From Octopus bimaculoides (Eukaryota): a DNA stretch of 62,646 bases. Location: contig NC_068993.1 in assembly GCF_001194135.2 (NCBI RefSeq), positions 63,683,061-63,745,706 on the forward strand. Reading direction: 5' to 3'. The position numbers were made by a program, and so were the translations under genes. The notes under the pieces are model-generated. The model did not search any database and was not told the origin of the DNA. It saw only the letters and a program-made list of their open reading frames with translations. Numbering within the stretch: position 1 is the stretch's first letter; every line of letters starts with the position of its first letter. Shown piece after piece: positions 50,809 through 62,646 of this stretch.

Positions 50809-52689
50809 GTAAGGAAAAGGTGAAGCACAGCGATGTGGCGAGCACGTATTTAGTGGAGTGGCTATTCATTCTGCGTTAAAAATCTGTGTCACTTCTTTGT
50901 AAATGATGTAATAACTTTATTTCAAAGCCCATCCTACTTAATTGAGATGCGAATCCTGGTTGTAAAGTGCAGTTCAACCTTCCATTGTTTTGGCAGAAAG
51001 TTAAGAAAATCAGACGCAAAAGTAAAACAGTGGATGATGTGAAAAGATATTGTCAACAGGTCAAGAAAAGTAGATCATCCTAGAAGAGATTAGAAGAGGA
51101 TCAAAAGGAGAAGCTCAGTCGGCGAAAATAGACGATGAAGAGGACCGGGGAATGGTAGACCTAATGTTAACACACCATCCATTTTGATACCACATAACAT
51201 CTGGGAGTTAATGGCTGCTTATGGTGGAGGTAATAAAGTTAAAGGCTTCCTAGAGGGGAGTTCATGACGTAGACTGAGCATTCGCACCATATCTAATGTG
51301 GTAGATTGTATGATTTCAAGGAGATTCGGTTTCTGTTTCTACCTCGAGTGTCCTACGATGAAAGGCTTCCAGTTACTAACCATCCATCATTTTATATATT
51401 TAGGATCCACAGAGCAGCAGATGCGATTTGAAAGGAATTTGGCTTCCATTTCTACGAGGTTTATCTATCAAATGGAGGCTACTTTTATCATAAGTTTGCT
51501 AATCAAGCAGGCTTATAATAAAATAGATTCTAGTCTCGACCACCTTGTTTATTGTTTTAACTAACAGGAACTACATTCTCTGATCTGTTTTTTTTTCTGT
51601 GATAATGTTACGAAGTGTGATTTGAAGAAAATTTGACTGTAATTTCTAGCATTTCGAGTAACTGTGCAATGGATCCTTCCTTGGTTCAAGGGAGTCAGAA
51701 TTTTCAGACTACATTTTAATTAAATTTAAGTGATAGAGCTCAATTCGAGGAACTTCATGGTTTCAATAAAATGCAATGAAGTTTTAAAAGAAAAAAGTTA
51801 TGAGTGTTTGTTTCTCAAATTTGAGGGTGATAATATAGTTCTATACTTTTTTATGAATATATATATATATATATATATATTTCGTCTTTTTAGTGGTGAA
51901 CTTGGAAACGGATAAAACCGAAAATTATAGCGTTTAGAATATTGGGTTAAAAAAGCTGATGGTTGCCCATGGAATTCGTTCCTATATCTTTTATAAGCAT
52001 GATAGATTCCACCATTATACCAAAGCAACTCTTCAAACTTTTCCCCATCCTTTTTAGAAATTATAGTTCTATTGCTTCTAAAGAACAATAATCTAGATAA
52101 GGCTGCAGCAATCCACAGCGCCACCGTTGAAAGCGCTGATGAGTAGAAATAGTGTGGAACCAACTAATGGAATTGAAATGGGTTGGAACTAACTAATGGA
52201 ACTGAAATGGTCCACGGTTAACTGAGAAAAAAAAACCCTTCAAAACTTCTAATAAGCCATAAATGCATTCATCTCGATCAGAGAACAAAAATAACTGCAT
52301 ATCGCTATCGCAACGCAAAGAATCTAAAGATAGGGCAAAGCATTGCTTCTGTGAATCATCGTTGAAAAGGTGAAACCATACAACAAAAACAAGAACGGAT
52401 GCAACGTATGCATAACTGAAACACAGGATATAACAGCTGCGTATAATAAATACAATATGTATTGATTACTTTTCCTCTCGTTTGTAAAACGTCTCTTTCA
52501 ATATGTGTGTGTGTAACGGATAAGGTGTGTGCACGTGAACTATATGATGTTACGGACTTCTTTCAAGTGTGGGGAGGCAACGTTAAGGTGGGGATGGATG
52601 AAATTTTGTCACTGAATCCACTGTCTGCTCCTGCACACTTGTAACACAATGCAGGTTTATCGAAGATATCCTTATTAGAAGACGGGTTA

Positions 52690-53010
52690 CTGATTCTTCT
52701 ACTCATATTACTAAATTTTAAAACGATATGTGTAGGTGGCTAGAGTTAATATTAATTCTAGTTTCTCAGTAGGTTTACTATACGGCCTTATAAGGTGTCT
52801 GCGGAGAGTGACATCTAGGAAGTTAAATATTCCAAGAGTAATCGTCTTTGAAGCTGCACATCCATTGGCATGTAGTATTGCCATTCCATCGTCCATATTT
52901 CATCCGATATTGTTTGAGGTAAATTTATTTGTAAGCACACCTACCATATATGGACCAACGACCCACAGCTATCAGCGCCATCGAACTTCGTGACGGCAAA
53001 GAAACTAGCG
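52690..53010 (-). mobile_element. Penelope-like element RT fragment
   Basis: FDGADSC, (R)DDGMAIL and NFLDVTL...PYSKPT correspond to the PLE RT motifs GSFDGAEVCELVG, YRDDGLA and NFLDVTL...PYRKP. Confidence 0.75.
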
Positions 53011-53451
53011 GAAGTTTACCCTTTCCAACCCGGTCGGTCTCCTTATCAAAAATTGTCTTTTGAGCATGCATGATCATTTCTAATTTGAAAAATTGTTATG
53101 ATAGTAAATAAAGATAGATTACTGTATAAATAGTAAATAAAGCAGGCGGTTAAAAATCTTCTAAAATAACTCTCACACACAAAATTAGTCAGTTGACTTC
53201 AATTCTATTCTTCACAAATCAATTAATCAATTAAATCATTTTTAATTTGTCTTAATTTTCGATGTAATGCTGTGGCTTTACTAACGATTTCAATGGTTCT
53301 TAATATTACATCGGATGTCTCCCGTTCTCATGTTTTGTCATATTTTCAGTCTTCACCTATTTGTTGTGAGGCATCAGTAAAACATTGCATCATTTTAATT
53401 TATTTTGTTGCTTTTTGTATTCGTTTGTTTCCATTTTTCTGATGTCAACAG

Positions 53452-53601
53452 ACACAGTTGTGTGGTGAGAAGTTTGCTTCCCAACCACACGGTACCGGGT
53501 TCAGTCCCGTTGCGTAGCACTTTGGACACGGGCCTTCTACGATAGCTTCGGGCCGACTAAAGCCTTGTGAATGGATAGAAGGAAACTGAAAGAAGCTCGT
53601 C

Positions 53602-53642
<41 letters not shown>

Positions 53643-53838
53643 TCAGCCAACACAGCTTGACTACCGTTGTTGGTGCATTTACGTCGCAGTAACCAAACAG
53701 TTCAGCAAAAGAAACCGATAGAATAAGTCCCAGGCTAAAAATATTAATAAGAAATTAGGCCGATTCATGCGACTAGAAATTCTTCCAGACGATGCCCCAG
53801 CATGGTCGCAGTCTAATGGCTGAAACGAGATAAAAGAT
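53452..53838 (+). mobile_element. Full-length SINE family 'A' with internal (TA)(TG)n
   Basis: Head GTGTGGTGAGAAGTTTGCTTCCCAACCAC..GGGTTCAGTCCC, internal microsatellite, and tail GCCCCAGCATGGTCGCAGTCTAATGGCTGAAAC. Confidence 0.85.
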
Positions 53839-54344
53839 AGCAATGTTTGTGTAGTTTGTAGGGTTTATGTGTGGAGTGGGTCTGATGTAAGTGCCCGGGG
53901 GTGGGGTTGCCCTTAGTTGGCTTTTATACGAATTTCAAAGCTGTTCTTGCATAAATTGCGTTGGAGCTGTCGGTTGTGGCGGGGTCTGTTCTTACCGCAT
54001 TCATTCAATCTATTAAAGGCGTGCATGGAGTCAGTCTCTGCTGAGAGTATGCATGCCATTTCTCGAAACTGTTGAATTATTTGGATAAAAGGAAAGCATT
54101 TCTATTTTAGCGTTAGTTATTCTTTGAGTTTTGCGGCTGATTTCAATGCTGTGGGATGGCTTACTTGAATACGTATTGGCTTACGTAATTGCGACTTGGT
54201 GAATCTACTTGTCTTTTTCTACTACTTCGATTTAAATTTGCTTTAATAAATTTCTGGGCTTTATTCAATCAAGATATATGACATCTCTCTCTCTCTCTCT
54301 TTCTCTCTCCATCTCTCTCTCTCCATCTCTCTCTCCATCTCTCT

Positions 54345-54404
<60 letters not shown>

Positions 54405-54646
54405 TACACACACACATTTTTATATCTGAGGAGCAGCTTTTTTTAAACGTTTTATTGACTGCACACGTTTTCTTCATATTTTTGTATCAGTGCGTTACAC
54501 TTTGGAGCAATAATGATTCTAAATCCATTGTCTCTTATGTTGCTGTAGTATTAGCGTCTCAACTTCACGATGAAACTTATACGAAAATAAGAAAAACCTT
54601 GATAAAAAGACAAGGAAGAATAACACACTCGTGTTTTTGTTTAAGC

Positions 54647-54785
54647 TCTTCTTCTTCTTCTTCTTCTTCTTCTTCTTCTTCTTCTTCTTCTTCTTCTTCT
54701 TCTTCTTCTTCTTCTTCTTCTTCTTCTTCTTCTTCTTCTTCTTCTTCTTCTTCTTCTTCTTCTTCTTCTTCGTCTTCTTCTTCTT
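54647..54785. repeat. (CTT)n microsatellite
   Basis: Near-perfect ~139-bp trinucleotide run. Other long SSRs: (CA)n 17110-17210, (CT)n 21526-21618, (ATT)n 50631-50697 and 57113-57264, (CTT)n 57487-57560. Confidence 0.98.
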
Positions 54786-55184
54786 GTGGAGGTGGTGGTG
54801 TGTGTGAGCGCGTACAAACACAGAAGCATGCACAGACAGATATATACGCTTATCTTCGTCTTCGAGTTATTTTCGATTCATCACGAAGAATATTTCATGC
54901 TGTGTCGGCTTGTATTAGTTGTGCAATCGCAGAATTACGGTCTGCAATTTTCTAGGAAGCATGTTGATGCGGCATAAAAGTTTACGAACGATGATATCAG
55001 CTTCAAAAGTAATTCTTGCAAGTTGTCAGTCTAATCGATTTAGCTTACTAACCCCTACTTATTTTATCCACCCCTCTATGGTGAATGGGAAAAAAAGGCG
55101 TAGAATTCGAACCCAAAACACTGAAAGCTGCAAATAAATATTGCAAGAAATCTAGTCTGGTGCCTTGAGTGAAATTTTTTCCAC

Positions 55185-56400
55185 CCAAGGAGGGAGACGG
55201 GATAAACAACCTGCATCAACTTTCTATAAAAGCAGGAAGTAATTTTACCTTGTCCTTATTCTTAGTGCAAGTTTTGAAGAGTGCAGGTCGACTTTAACAG
55301 TTATTTTTCCAAAGCTATAATGGAAGTGACAAAGGAGTATATTCGGCATATTTTGCTTTATGAGTTCAATAAAGGCAACAACGCAACGGAAAGTGCGAGG
55401 AATATTAATGCAGTGTATGGGGATCGGACAATAAGCGTAAGCCAGTGTCAACGGTCGTTCCAGAAATTCCGAGCCGGAAACTACAGTCCAGAAGACGAGA
55501 TCGTCCTGGAAGAGCTGTAGAGCTTGACGAGGACGTCCAGCAAACCCTGGTGGAACAAAATCCCATCATAACTGTTGAGGAACTGGCAGAGAAGCTTGGA
55601 TTTGGTCATTCAACCATTCATCGACACCTGCGTGCCATCGGGAAAGTCAGCAAATTGGGTCAATGGGTTCTTCACAAACTTTCCGAGTCTAATCGAGTGC
55701 AGAGAGTGAATGTGTGCTCACGAATGAACCTCTTTGGACCGAATAGTAATTGGTGACGAGAAATGAGTTCTCTATAAAAATGTCAAACGCCGAAGACAGT
55801 GAGTGGGTATGGAAAGGAGAAACACCGGTACCCCAGGCTAAAGGAAGTCTTCTCCCACGTAAGGTGTTGTTATCTTTTTGGTGGGATATGAAAGGTTTAG
55901 TTCACTTGTAACTTTTAGACCCAAACCAAATGATGACAAAGGAGATCTACTGCGAGCAGCTTGAGCGGCTTAATTCAACGCTAGAAGAAAAACGGCCATC
56001 TTTGGTTTCAAGACGATAAGGTGTTCTTCCATCAGGATAATGCTTGGCCACATACAGCGAGGATGACATTCCAAAGGCTGGAACAGTTTGAATGGGAAAC
56101 GATGTTCCACCCACGATATTCGCGGGATATTGTCCCATTTGATTATCATTTATTCCGCAGTCTTCAAAATCATTTAGACGGACAATTGTATAGACGAGGT
56201 CAGAACAGTACTGGAGGAATAATTTTCGTCATGGACAAGTGATTTTTGGAAGAAGGGCCTTGCAAGTCTACCAGATAAATGGAAAAGCATTGTAGAAAAT
56301 GAAGGAAAGTATATTTTAGATTAAAAAAGAAATTTGTTTATCATAATCTTGAAAAATAAAAGAAGTATTAAAAAACCGCATTATTTATGGGATGACCCAA
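55185..56400 (+). mobile_element. Near full-length mariner transposon (DD34D, mellifera-like), inactivated
   Basis: MEVTKEYIRHILLYEFNKG...; WVLHK (WVPHEL); VIGDEK*; HQDNAWPHTA; YSRDIVPFDYHLF (YSPDLAPSDYHLF). Right TIR ...GGGATGACCCAA|TA. Left TIR absent; stops and frameshifts present. Confidence 0.95.
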
Positions 56401-56802
56401 TACATCTAGGTGCGTTGTATCGCTCACTTTTATCTACCTAACTCTATCCAATAAAACAATACAGTGTAGTACTACCGGTAACGGAGTACGAACCATTGTC
56501 CCTTCCGTTCGCTGTCGTCTTATCATGCTTACTACTTATTACTTGAAATCTCACACTTGAAGTGGGAAAATTTTAGCCGTACGTCGTTGTATGTGTGTGC
56601 CGTAATCATAAGAAGTTGCTGCAGAGAATAAGAAACTCTATGTAAATATTATTGTTTCGGTGTCAGGGATCATAGGCGTGTCTATCGTCGTCCTGACGTA
56701 ACGGCGGTTGCTGTTGTCAGAATGTAAGTCTCTCAGCGCAACCTCCGCCACATCATCTCGTATTACGTTCACACACTATATAAACCCTTACGTATTTCCC
56801 AG

Positions 56803-56848
56803 CTCATACACAATAACTTTGTCGATTTACCTGGCACGGTCACTTCAG
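56803..56848 (+). CDS. Candidate 46-nt exon
   Basis: TATTTCCCAG| acceptor and strong CAG|GTAAGG donor. Open as LIHNNFVDLPGTVTS (phase 0) or SYTITLSIYLARSLQ (phase 2). Confidence 0.25.
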
Positions 56849-57112
56849 GTAAGGTATCTCATTGTTATGATTTCTCTTACTGTTGTTTTTGTTGTTGCTG
56901 TCGGATTAATATTTTGCAATATTTAGTGATGTCTTTTACTTTACACAGATCTGAGTTCAAATCCCGCTGAGTTCAATTTATATCTTTTATAGCATTCTGG
57001 GTCAATAAGGTAAATACTAATAATATACCTTGATTGGCTTATTCAGCTACAAACTTCTCTTCTCTTTTCCTGTCACCACCCACAAAATTTGTGTCTTAAA
57101 TTTGTAATCACC

Positions 57113-57159
<47 letters not shown>

Positions 57160-57267
57160 CGTCATTATTATTATTATTATTGTTATTATTATTATTATTA
57201 TCATTATTATTATTATTATTATTATTGTTATTATTATTATTATTATTGTTATTATTATTATTATCAT

Positions 57268-57485
57268 AAGGCGGCCAGCTGGCTGAATCGTTAGCACGCA
57301 AGGAAAAATATTTAGCGCCATTTCATCTGTCTTCGCGTTCTGAGTTCAAATCCTGCTGAGGTCAACTTTGCCTTTCACCCTTTCGGGGATCGATGAGTTA
57401 AGTAACAGTCAAGTAATGGAATCGATGTAATCTACTTAAGTCCTCCTCTGAAATTGCTGGCCCCTTGTGCCTGTAGGAGAAAGGA
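57268..57485 (+). mobile_element. SINE family 'B' copy between (ATT)n and (CTT)n runs
   Basis: Same head, B box and central block as 4728-4953. Confidence 0.85.
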
Positions 57486-58244
57486 CTCTTCTTCTTCTTC
57501 TTCTTCTTCTTCTTCTTCTTCTTCTTCTTCTTCTTCTTCTTCTTCTTCTTCTTCTTCTTCGTTTTGCTCTCATACCTTATGACGTTCTGATCACATAGGG
57601 CTCCTGATATTTCTCTTCATCCTCTCTCCTGATCGATAGAATATATATACCAGTAATATACTAAGTCCAATTCAACCTGAGATCACGTGTCACTACGAGT
57701 AATCATTATAGTTAATGTTGTTATTGTTCTTGTTCCTCTGCTCCTAATCATGTTGAATATATAAATCGCAATATACAACGAAGGAGCCGCTAAGAGGTTG
57801 CCTGACCTGCTAGGAGTAATAGCTAAATGTCTCACGTATTAATTTCTGCGAAAATTGATGAAGAGTATATCATATATCGTATATGTATAACATATAGTTA
57901 TGTGTTTGCACACATACACGTGCGAACACGAACACACGCGCGCGCGCGTACCAGAAATGGGCCGATAAGATAAAGTGCTTGCGAAGTATTGAAATTGATT
58001 GAAACAACACATTGTCTTCAGTAACGGAAGCCAAGTATCACACAAGCATTTGCTAATACCTTGGTATAGGACTAATGCTAGAACTCAATTCTAAGCAGAT
58101 ATTAACAGGTATAAACACACTAGCTATATACAGTTTTTTTCTGACAATGCAGTGGAAGATGAACGAACTAAGGAGGGTAAAGAGGAAAATAATGATTATA
58201 TTTAGAATAAACGTACATTTTAATTATTTTTCCTTTTTTATTTA

Positions 58245-58440
58245 AATCTTGTTTTTACTTGTTTCAGTCATTAGAGTGGCCATGCTGGGGCACTGCGTTG
58301 AAGAATTTTTAATCAAATAAATCGACCTTTTTTTTTTTATAAAGCCTGGTACTTATTCTAATGTTATTTTTTTTTTACCGAACTGCCGAGTTACGGGGAC
58401 ATAAACATAAAAACACCGGTTACCAAGTGGTGGTAGAGGA
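58245..58440 (-). mobile_element. 3' half of SINE family 'A'
   Basis: Reverse complement of the family tail (CTTGTTTCAGTCATTAGAGTGGCCATGCTGGGGCAC) and GTTACGGGGAC. Confidence 0.75.
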
Positions 58441-58693
58441 CAGACACAGACGCAGACGCATAGGCACATACATATAGATATACAGACACACACGTGGACA
58501 CACTAACTCACGCACTTTAAGAGCATATGTTCATGTATGTATACAGGTGTATATATATATTTATTCCCAGGTGGACAAAGACATAGATACGTAAATAATG
58601 CATTCATGCATGCATCAAACAATGAAAGATCTTTTTGTACAAACTTCGTCTTTTTACTTAGTCATCTGTGTATATATGTGTTGTGCGCACATG

Positions 58694-58724
<31 letters not shown>

Positions 58725-59464
58725 NNNNNNNNNNNNNNNNNNNNNNNNNNNNNNNNNNNNNNNNNNNNNNNNNNNNNNNNNNNNNNNNNNNNNNNNNNNN
58801 NNNNNNNNNNNNNNNNNNNNNNNNNNNNNNNNNNNNNNNNNNNNNNNNNNNNNNNNNNNNNNNNNNNNNNNNNNNNNNNNNNNNNNNNNNNNNNNNNNNN
58901 NNNNNNNNNNNNNNNNNNNNNNNNNNNNNNNNNNNNNNNNNNNNNNNNNNNNNNNNNNNNNNNNNNNNNNNNNNNNNNNNNNNNNNNNNNNNNNNNNNNN
59001 NNNNNNNNNNNNNNNNNNNNNNNNNNNNNNNTATATATATATATATCAGTGAGCTTGCGCACTCACGTGAGTGTGTGGTTTTCGTTCATTTTGTAGCAAA
59101 AACAAAACAAAACATAAAAGTGCTCAATATGACCGTGTATTAGAAATGTAAATATCTAGTGTATGTATATTTGTTTGTATAAATGTGTGAATGCACACAC
59201 AAAACAGAAACACATAGATACGTATGGCTGTGTGGGGATGTGTGCCAGCGCGTGAGTATGTATAATAATAAGTTAGAGAAACGTGATGCTATGTGGCTAT
59301 TTACGAAGAAAGACATTTCAACTTCTGTATCCGTACATATCCCCATTGTGTCCTATATCATTCAGTAAGCAAACAGATATGATAATAATGATGATGATGA
59401 TGATGATAAGAAGAAGCAGAAGAAGAAGAAGAAGAAGAGTTAAAACAGAGGTTTCAAAAATGAC

Positions 59465-60090
59465 GCATCTCAGAACAACAACTGTTCTGTAACCATCGAA
59501 GCTTTAGGGACAATATCAAAATGCGTTCCTAAACAAAATGGACAATATAGACGTGGAGACCGCAAGCTATTAGAAATGTAAAACATTGTCCTCATGGTAC
59601 TGCCCCTATCCTAAGAAAAAATTATCAAATTGAAGATTTTTGATTCTCTTAAAACTCTTCGAAAACTGAAATATTACAAATTTAACAGAATCTTAATTCT
59701 TAGATTCTGTTTTCCTTCCCTTACAATATATCGTTGCTAATCATAAATAACATCCATAATAAAACGTCCAACTTGCTGTTACTGGGGTGTCTGGGTGGGA
59801 CATGGAACGGCTTGTATAAAACAAAAGTGTCATTTATTATTGGGACTTTGGGGTCAGTATCAGAAGGCATCAAGAGGAACATAAAGGAAATCGGAATAGA
59901 GGGCCCAGTAGAACTGTTACAAAAGGTTTGCCTCCTTGGCACGGCCAGAATAATCAGGAAAGTATTAGATTGTTGAAAAGAGCAGATGGCACGGTGTCGC
60001 AGCAGGGTCACTAACAAAAACCTTAGAAAATCGGTTGGACGAGTCCTGCACGTGATGACTCTGGGCATTTTTACTTAACACATCACAGAG
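59465..60090 (+). mobile_element. Two adjacent R4/Dong-type 3'-end fragments
   Basis: VTIEALGTISK near 59490, and FIIGTLGSVSEG...VELLQKVCLLGTARIIRKVLDC* at 59830-59976; the latter is homologous to 26820-26970. Confidence 0.75.
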
Positions 60091-61275
60091 GAAACAAAAC
60101 CAGTACCGAACTTTATAGCAATCTACCTCCAGTAACATCTATGTTATGACAACCAAGATTAAAGTTTATTGATCACTGTTGGAGTGACAAAGTTGTGGTT
60201 ATACATCAGTCGGTAGTCTTTGCTATGAAATCCTACACAGAGTAAAACTAGTGAGGAAGACCTCACACGACAGGCACCGCCCAGCTAGAATATGATTGGA
60301 TATCGTGTTAACTGGAATTCACTTGTGAGCATTCGAGATCACTTGTAGAAGATATATGTGTGTTTGTATGTGTGCATGTGTGCGTTTGTGTGTGTGTGTG
60401 TGTGTGTGTAGATATGTTCAGCTATTTTTAACAATCGCTTGACCGTTCTCTTAAAGTAGCAGGTCTATTCGGTCCTTCTAGGGACCTACACTCCCTTTTC
60501 ATAGATGTGGCAATGATGGATGACTGACAAAATGCCTTCATTCCTTCACAGAATTTTTCATTGATTTTTTTTTGCCTTTGTCGGTTATGACCAGCCATAG
60601 GTTGCAGCATTTAATAGAAATGTTAAAAATCAAGTGATCCCTCTACATGAAGCCTTTGTAAAGAGAGGATTGGCCCAAGCCTTGCACTGGGCCAATCCCA
60701 CTCTCTAAACAACGTATGGATTTCCCCCCAAAACAAGAACTGTTCCACATCATTGGATGCCAACGAAGTCGATGGGTGTTACACCCGAATTCCTTTCTCC
60801 TATAGACATGTCTAAGCAAAATCTAGATCTCTGTCTCATTCCCAGCTGTTGAAAGGCCGTTGACTCGATTGAGATCATCTACCTTTTGCTTGATTTTGTT
60901 TTTTTCGTTCTGCTGGATGTTCACCGAAAACCACCGTCTTTACCAAGCAGGCTTGAGAGAGCTGCTCGTTTAGACATCGGTGGCCTGGCTATGCGATAAG
61001 AACTTTTGGGTTACATGCTGCCAGTAGAGTGACTTTAAATAACACCTACACACACATACATGTACGCATGCAAACATCTACACACACATAGGTACATGCA
61101 CACATACACACGCACACGTATGCATATATATATAAAACGTATTCCAGAAATACGTCTCGATTTATCTAAACGCTATTTAAATTTCCATGCAAGCGTCTTG
61201 ATAAAAAAAATTGAGATAAATTAAGCTATTTAGAGAAACAGAATTATAAGATAAAATATATAACAATATATAAGC

Positions 61276-61341
<66 letters not shown>

Positions 61342-61526
61342 TAGCCTTAAAGACCCCTTCGGGCGGCATTCAGGTTAGTTCCTGTATATATACAAACATG
61401 TATATAAATACACAGTGAAACTAATAGAAATGAAACTAATATATATATACATAGTGAAAGTAATTGAAATTGAAACCATGTAATAGTGAAAGCATTATAT
61501 CACATTACAATAGAGATGTTATTGTT

Positions 61527-61750
61527 TCACTTTGACAGGTAATACAGAAATGTGTAAGAGATAGGAGATTGTTCCGGTCTTGCATTAGGCAAGAAGTAGA
61601 ACATGTTTTTGGCCCATGACACTCCATGGACCCTAAGTAAGGCATGTGAAGAAATTTGAATGAAATTGGTTGGGTAGTTCTCGAGTTTTACTGATGTACA
61701 TATACTGACACACAGACAGACACACATTCTCAGTTTCATATATAGACGAG
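61527..61750 (+). mobile_element. Possible non-autonomous Helitron/Helentron-type remnant
   Basis: AAATTTGAATGAAATTGGTTGGGTAGTTCTCGAG...ACAGACAGAC...CAGTTTCATATATAGA resembles the recalled 3' architecture of invertebrate non-autonomous helitron-like repeats. Confidence 0.35.
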
Positions 61751-62020
61751 TTTTAGTGATATATGTACATATGTGTGTTTGTATGTGTGCGTGTGTGTGG
61801 ACGCATTTGTATATGTCCATAGTGATTAGTATATGTGTATGTTTGAATATTCATTTGTTTCTGTGCATGCTTAAGCATTTCCGAATTTGTGTTGGTATAT
61901 CTATGTGTGCCTGTGCGCATATATATATATACAAGATTCTGTATACATTGAGTTACTTATATACGAAAGTTTAAGTGTATAGATATTTGCGCATATACAA
62001 CTTGACGTATATTTACTATA

Positions 62021-62237
62021 AGGCAGTGAGCTGGTAGAGTCGTTAACACGCCGAGACAAACGCTTGGCGGCCTTTTGTTTGACTTCACGTTTTGAGTTCA
62101 AATTCGGCCGAAGCTGATTTTGCCTTTCATTCTTTGGGGTGGGGGATAAAATAAGTACCAGTTACGTACTGGGTCGATGTAATCGACTTATCCTATCTAC
62201 CAAAATTGTTGGCCTTGTACCAAAATTTGAAACCAAC
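62021..62237 (+). mobile_element. SINE family 'B' copy
   Basis: GGCAGTGAGCTGGTAGAGTCGTTAAC...GAGTTCAAATTC...GCCTTTCATTCTTTGGGG...ATAAAATAAGTACCAG. Confidence 0.85.
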
Positions 62238-62646
62238 ATATAATTACAATACTAGCTTGCAAGAAAGTGCTTAAACGTTTGCATAATCGTCAAATGACAC
62301 CCTTCTTGTTACATCAAAACCGGTGCTTAAAAGGAAGCTCTTTCAGCTGAGGATTTGTCTGAGCTCAATCTCGGAACACGAACCCTAGAACCTGATCTGT
62401 CTTTGACCTGAGCTTCAGTATAAATGTAACCTGTTGCACCTGTGTTTGAATACATGCTTGAATGAATCCGAACAATTAAAAACCAATCACTAATTTCCTA
62501 CAGTAAATATACACAACCCACTCACCTGCTATCTACCTGGATGCAGCGAAATTAACGAAACCTGTGCAACCAGAACAATGTCTCATTTATCCACCTTCTC
62601 ATTTCATTCCTCCTCCTCCTCCTCCTCCTCCTCCTCCCCCTCCTCC

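Noticed and set aside
51798-52163. 121-aa minus-strand ORF with a hydrophobic stretch
   Set aside because: Partly extended by (TA)n, lacks a good donor and shows no recognised homology.
56721-56723. Possible 3-nt microexon (CAG|AAT|GTAAGT)
   Set aside because: The pyrimidine tract is poor and such patterns arise easily by chance.
59060-59073. 14-bp palindrome CACTCACGTGAGTG containing an E-box
   Set aside because: Isolated short palindrome beside a gap, with no supporting context.
60667-60698. 11-bp GC-rich hairpin GGATTGGCCCA/TGGGCCAATCC
   Set aside because: Too short to assign a function; no U-tract or other context, and intrinsic terminators do not apply to this eukaryotic DNA.
62526-62561. 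Minus-strand GFVNF motif suggesting an RRM RNP1 exon
   Set aside because: A five-residue match only, with in-frame stops before the strong donor.

Overview
Eukaryotic, AT-rich, repeat-dense DNA with scaffold gaps. The SINE repertoire, microsatellite density and LINE/mariner content look like an octopus genome; this is inferred from recognising the repeats and was not searched. No complete or confidently identifiable protein-coding gene is visible, and most ORFs in the track come from microsatellites or N-runs. Supportable content: (1) decayed transposons: three mariner copies (one near full length), a Tc1/maT-like fragment, RTE-type, CR1-type and R4/Dong-type LINE fragments, and Penelope-like RT fragments; (2) at least four dispersed SINE/repeat families; (3) a MITE with an 8-bp TSD and a telomere-like core. 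Most interesting: several minimal type-I hammerhead ribozyme motifs of the Penelope-associated kind, one inside a ~270-bp fold-back whose mirror arm lost the catalytic core; a 32-nt U2 snRNA 5' fragment ending just after the branch-site recognition sequence; a textbook-looking 8-nt microexon that starts a phase-compatible chain of short + strand exon candidates; a pre-miRNA-like hairpin; and a diverged local duplication array (38.9-44.8 kb) with splice-like signals. All exon calls are tentative, and coordinates of decayed repeats are approximate.
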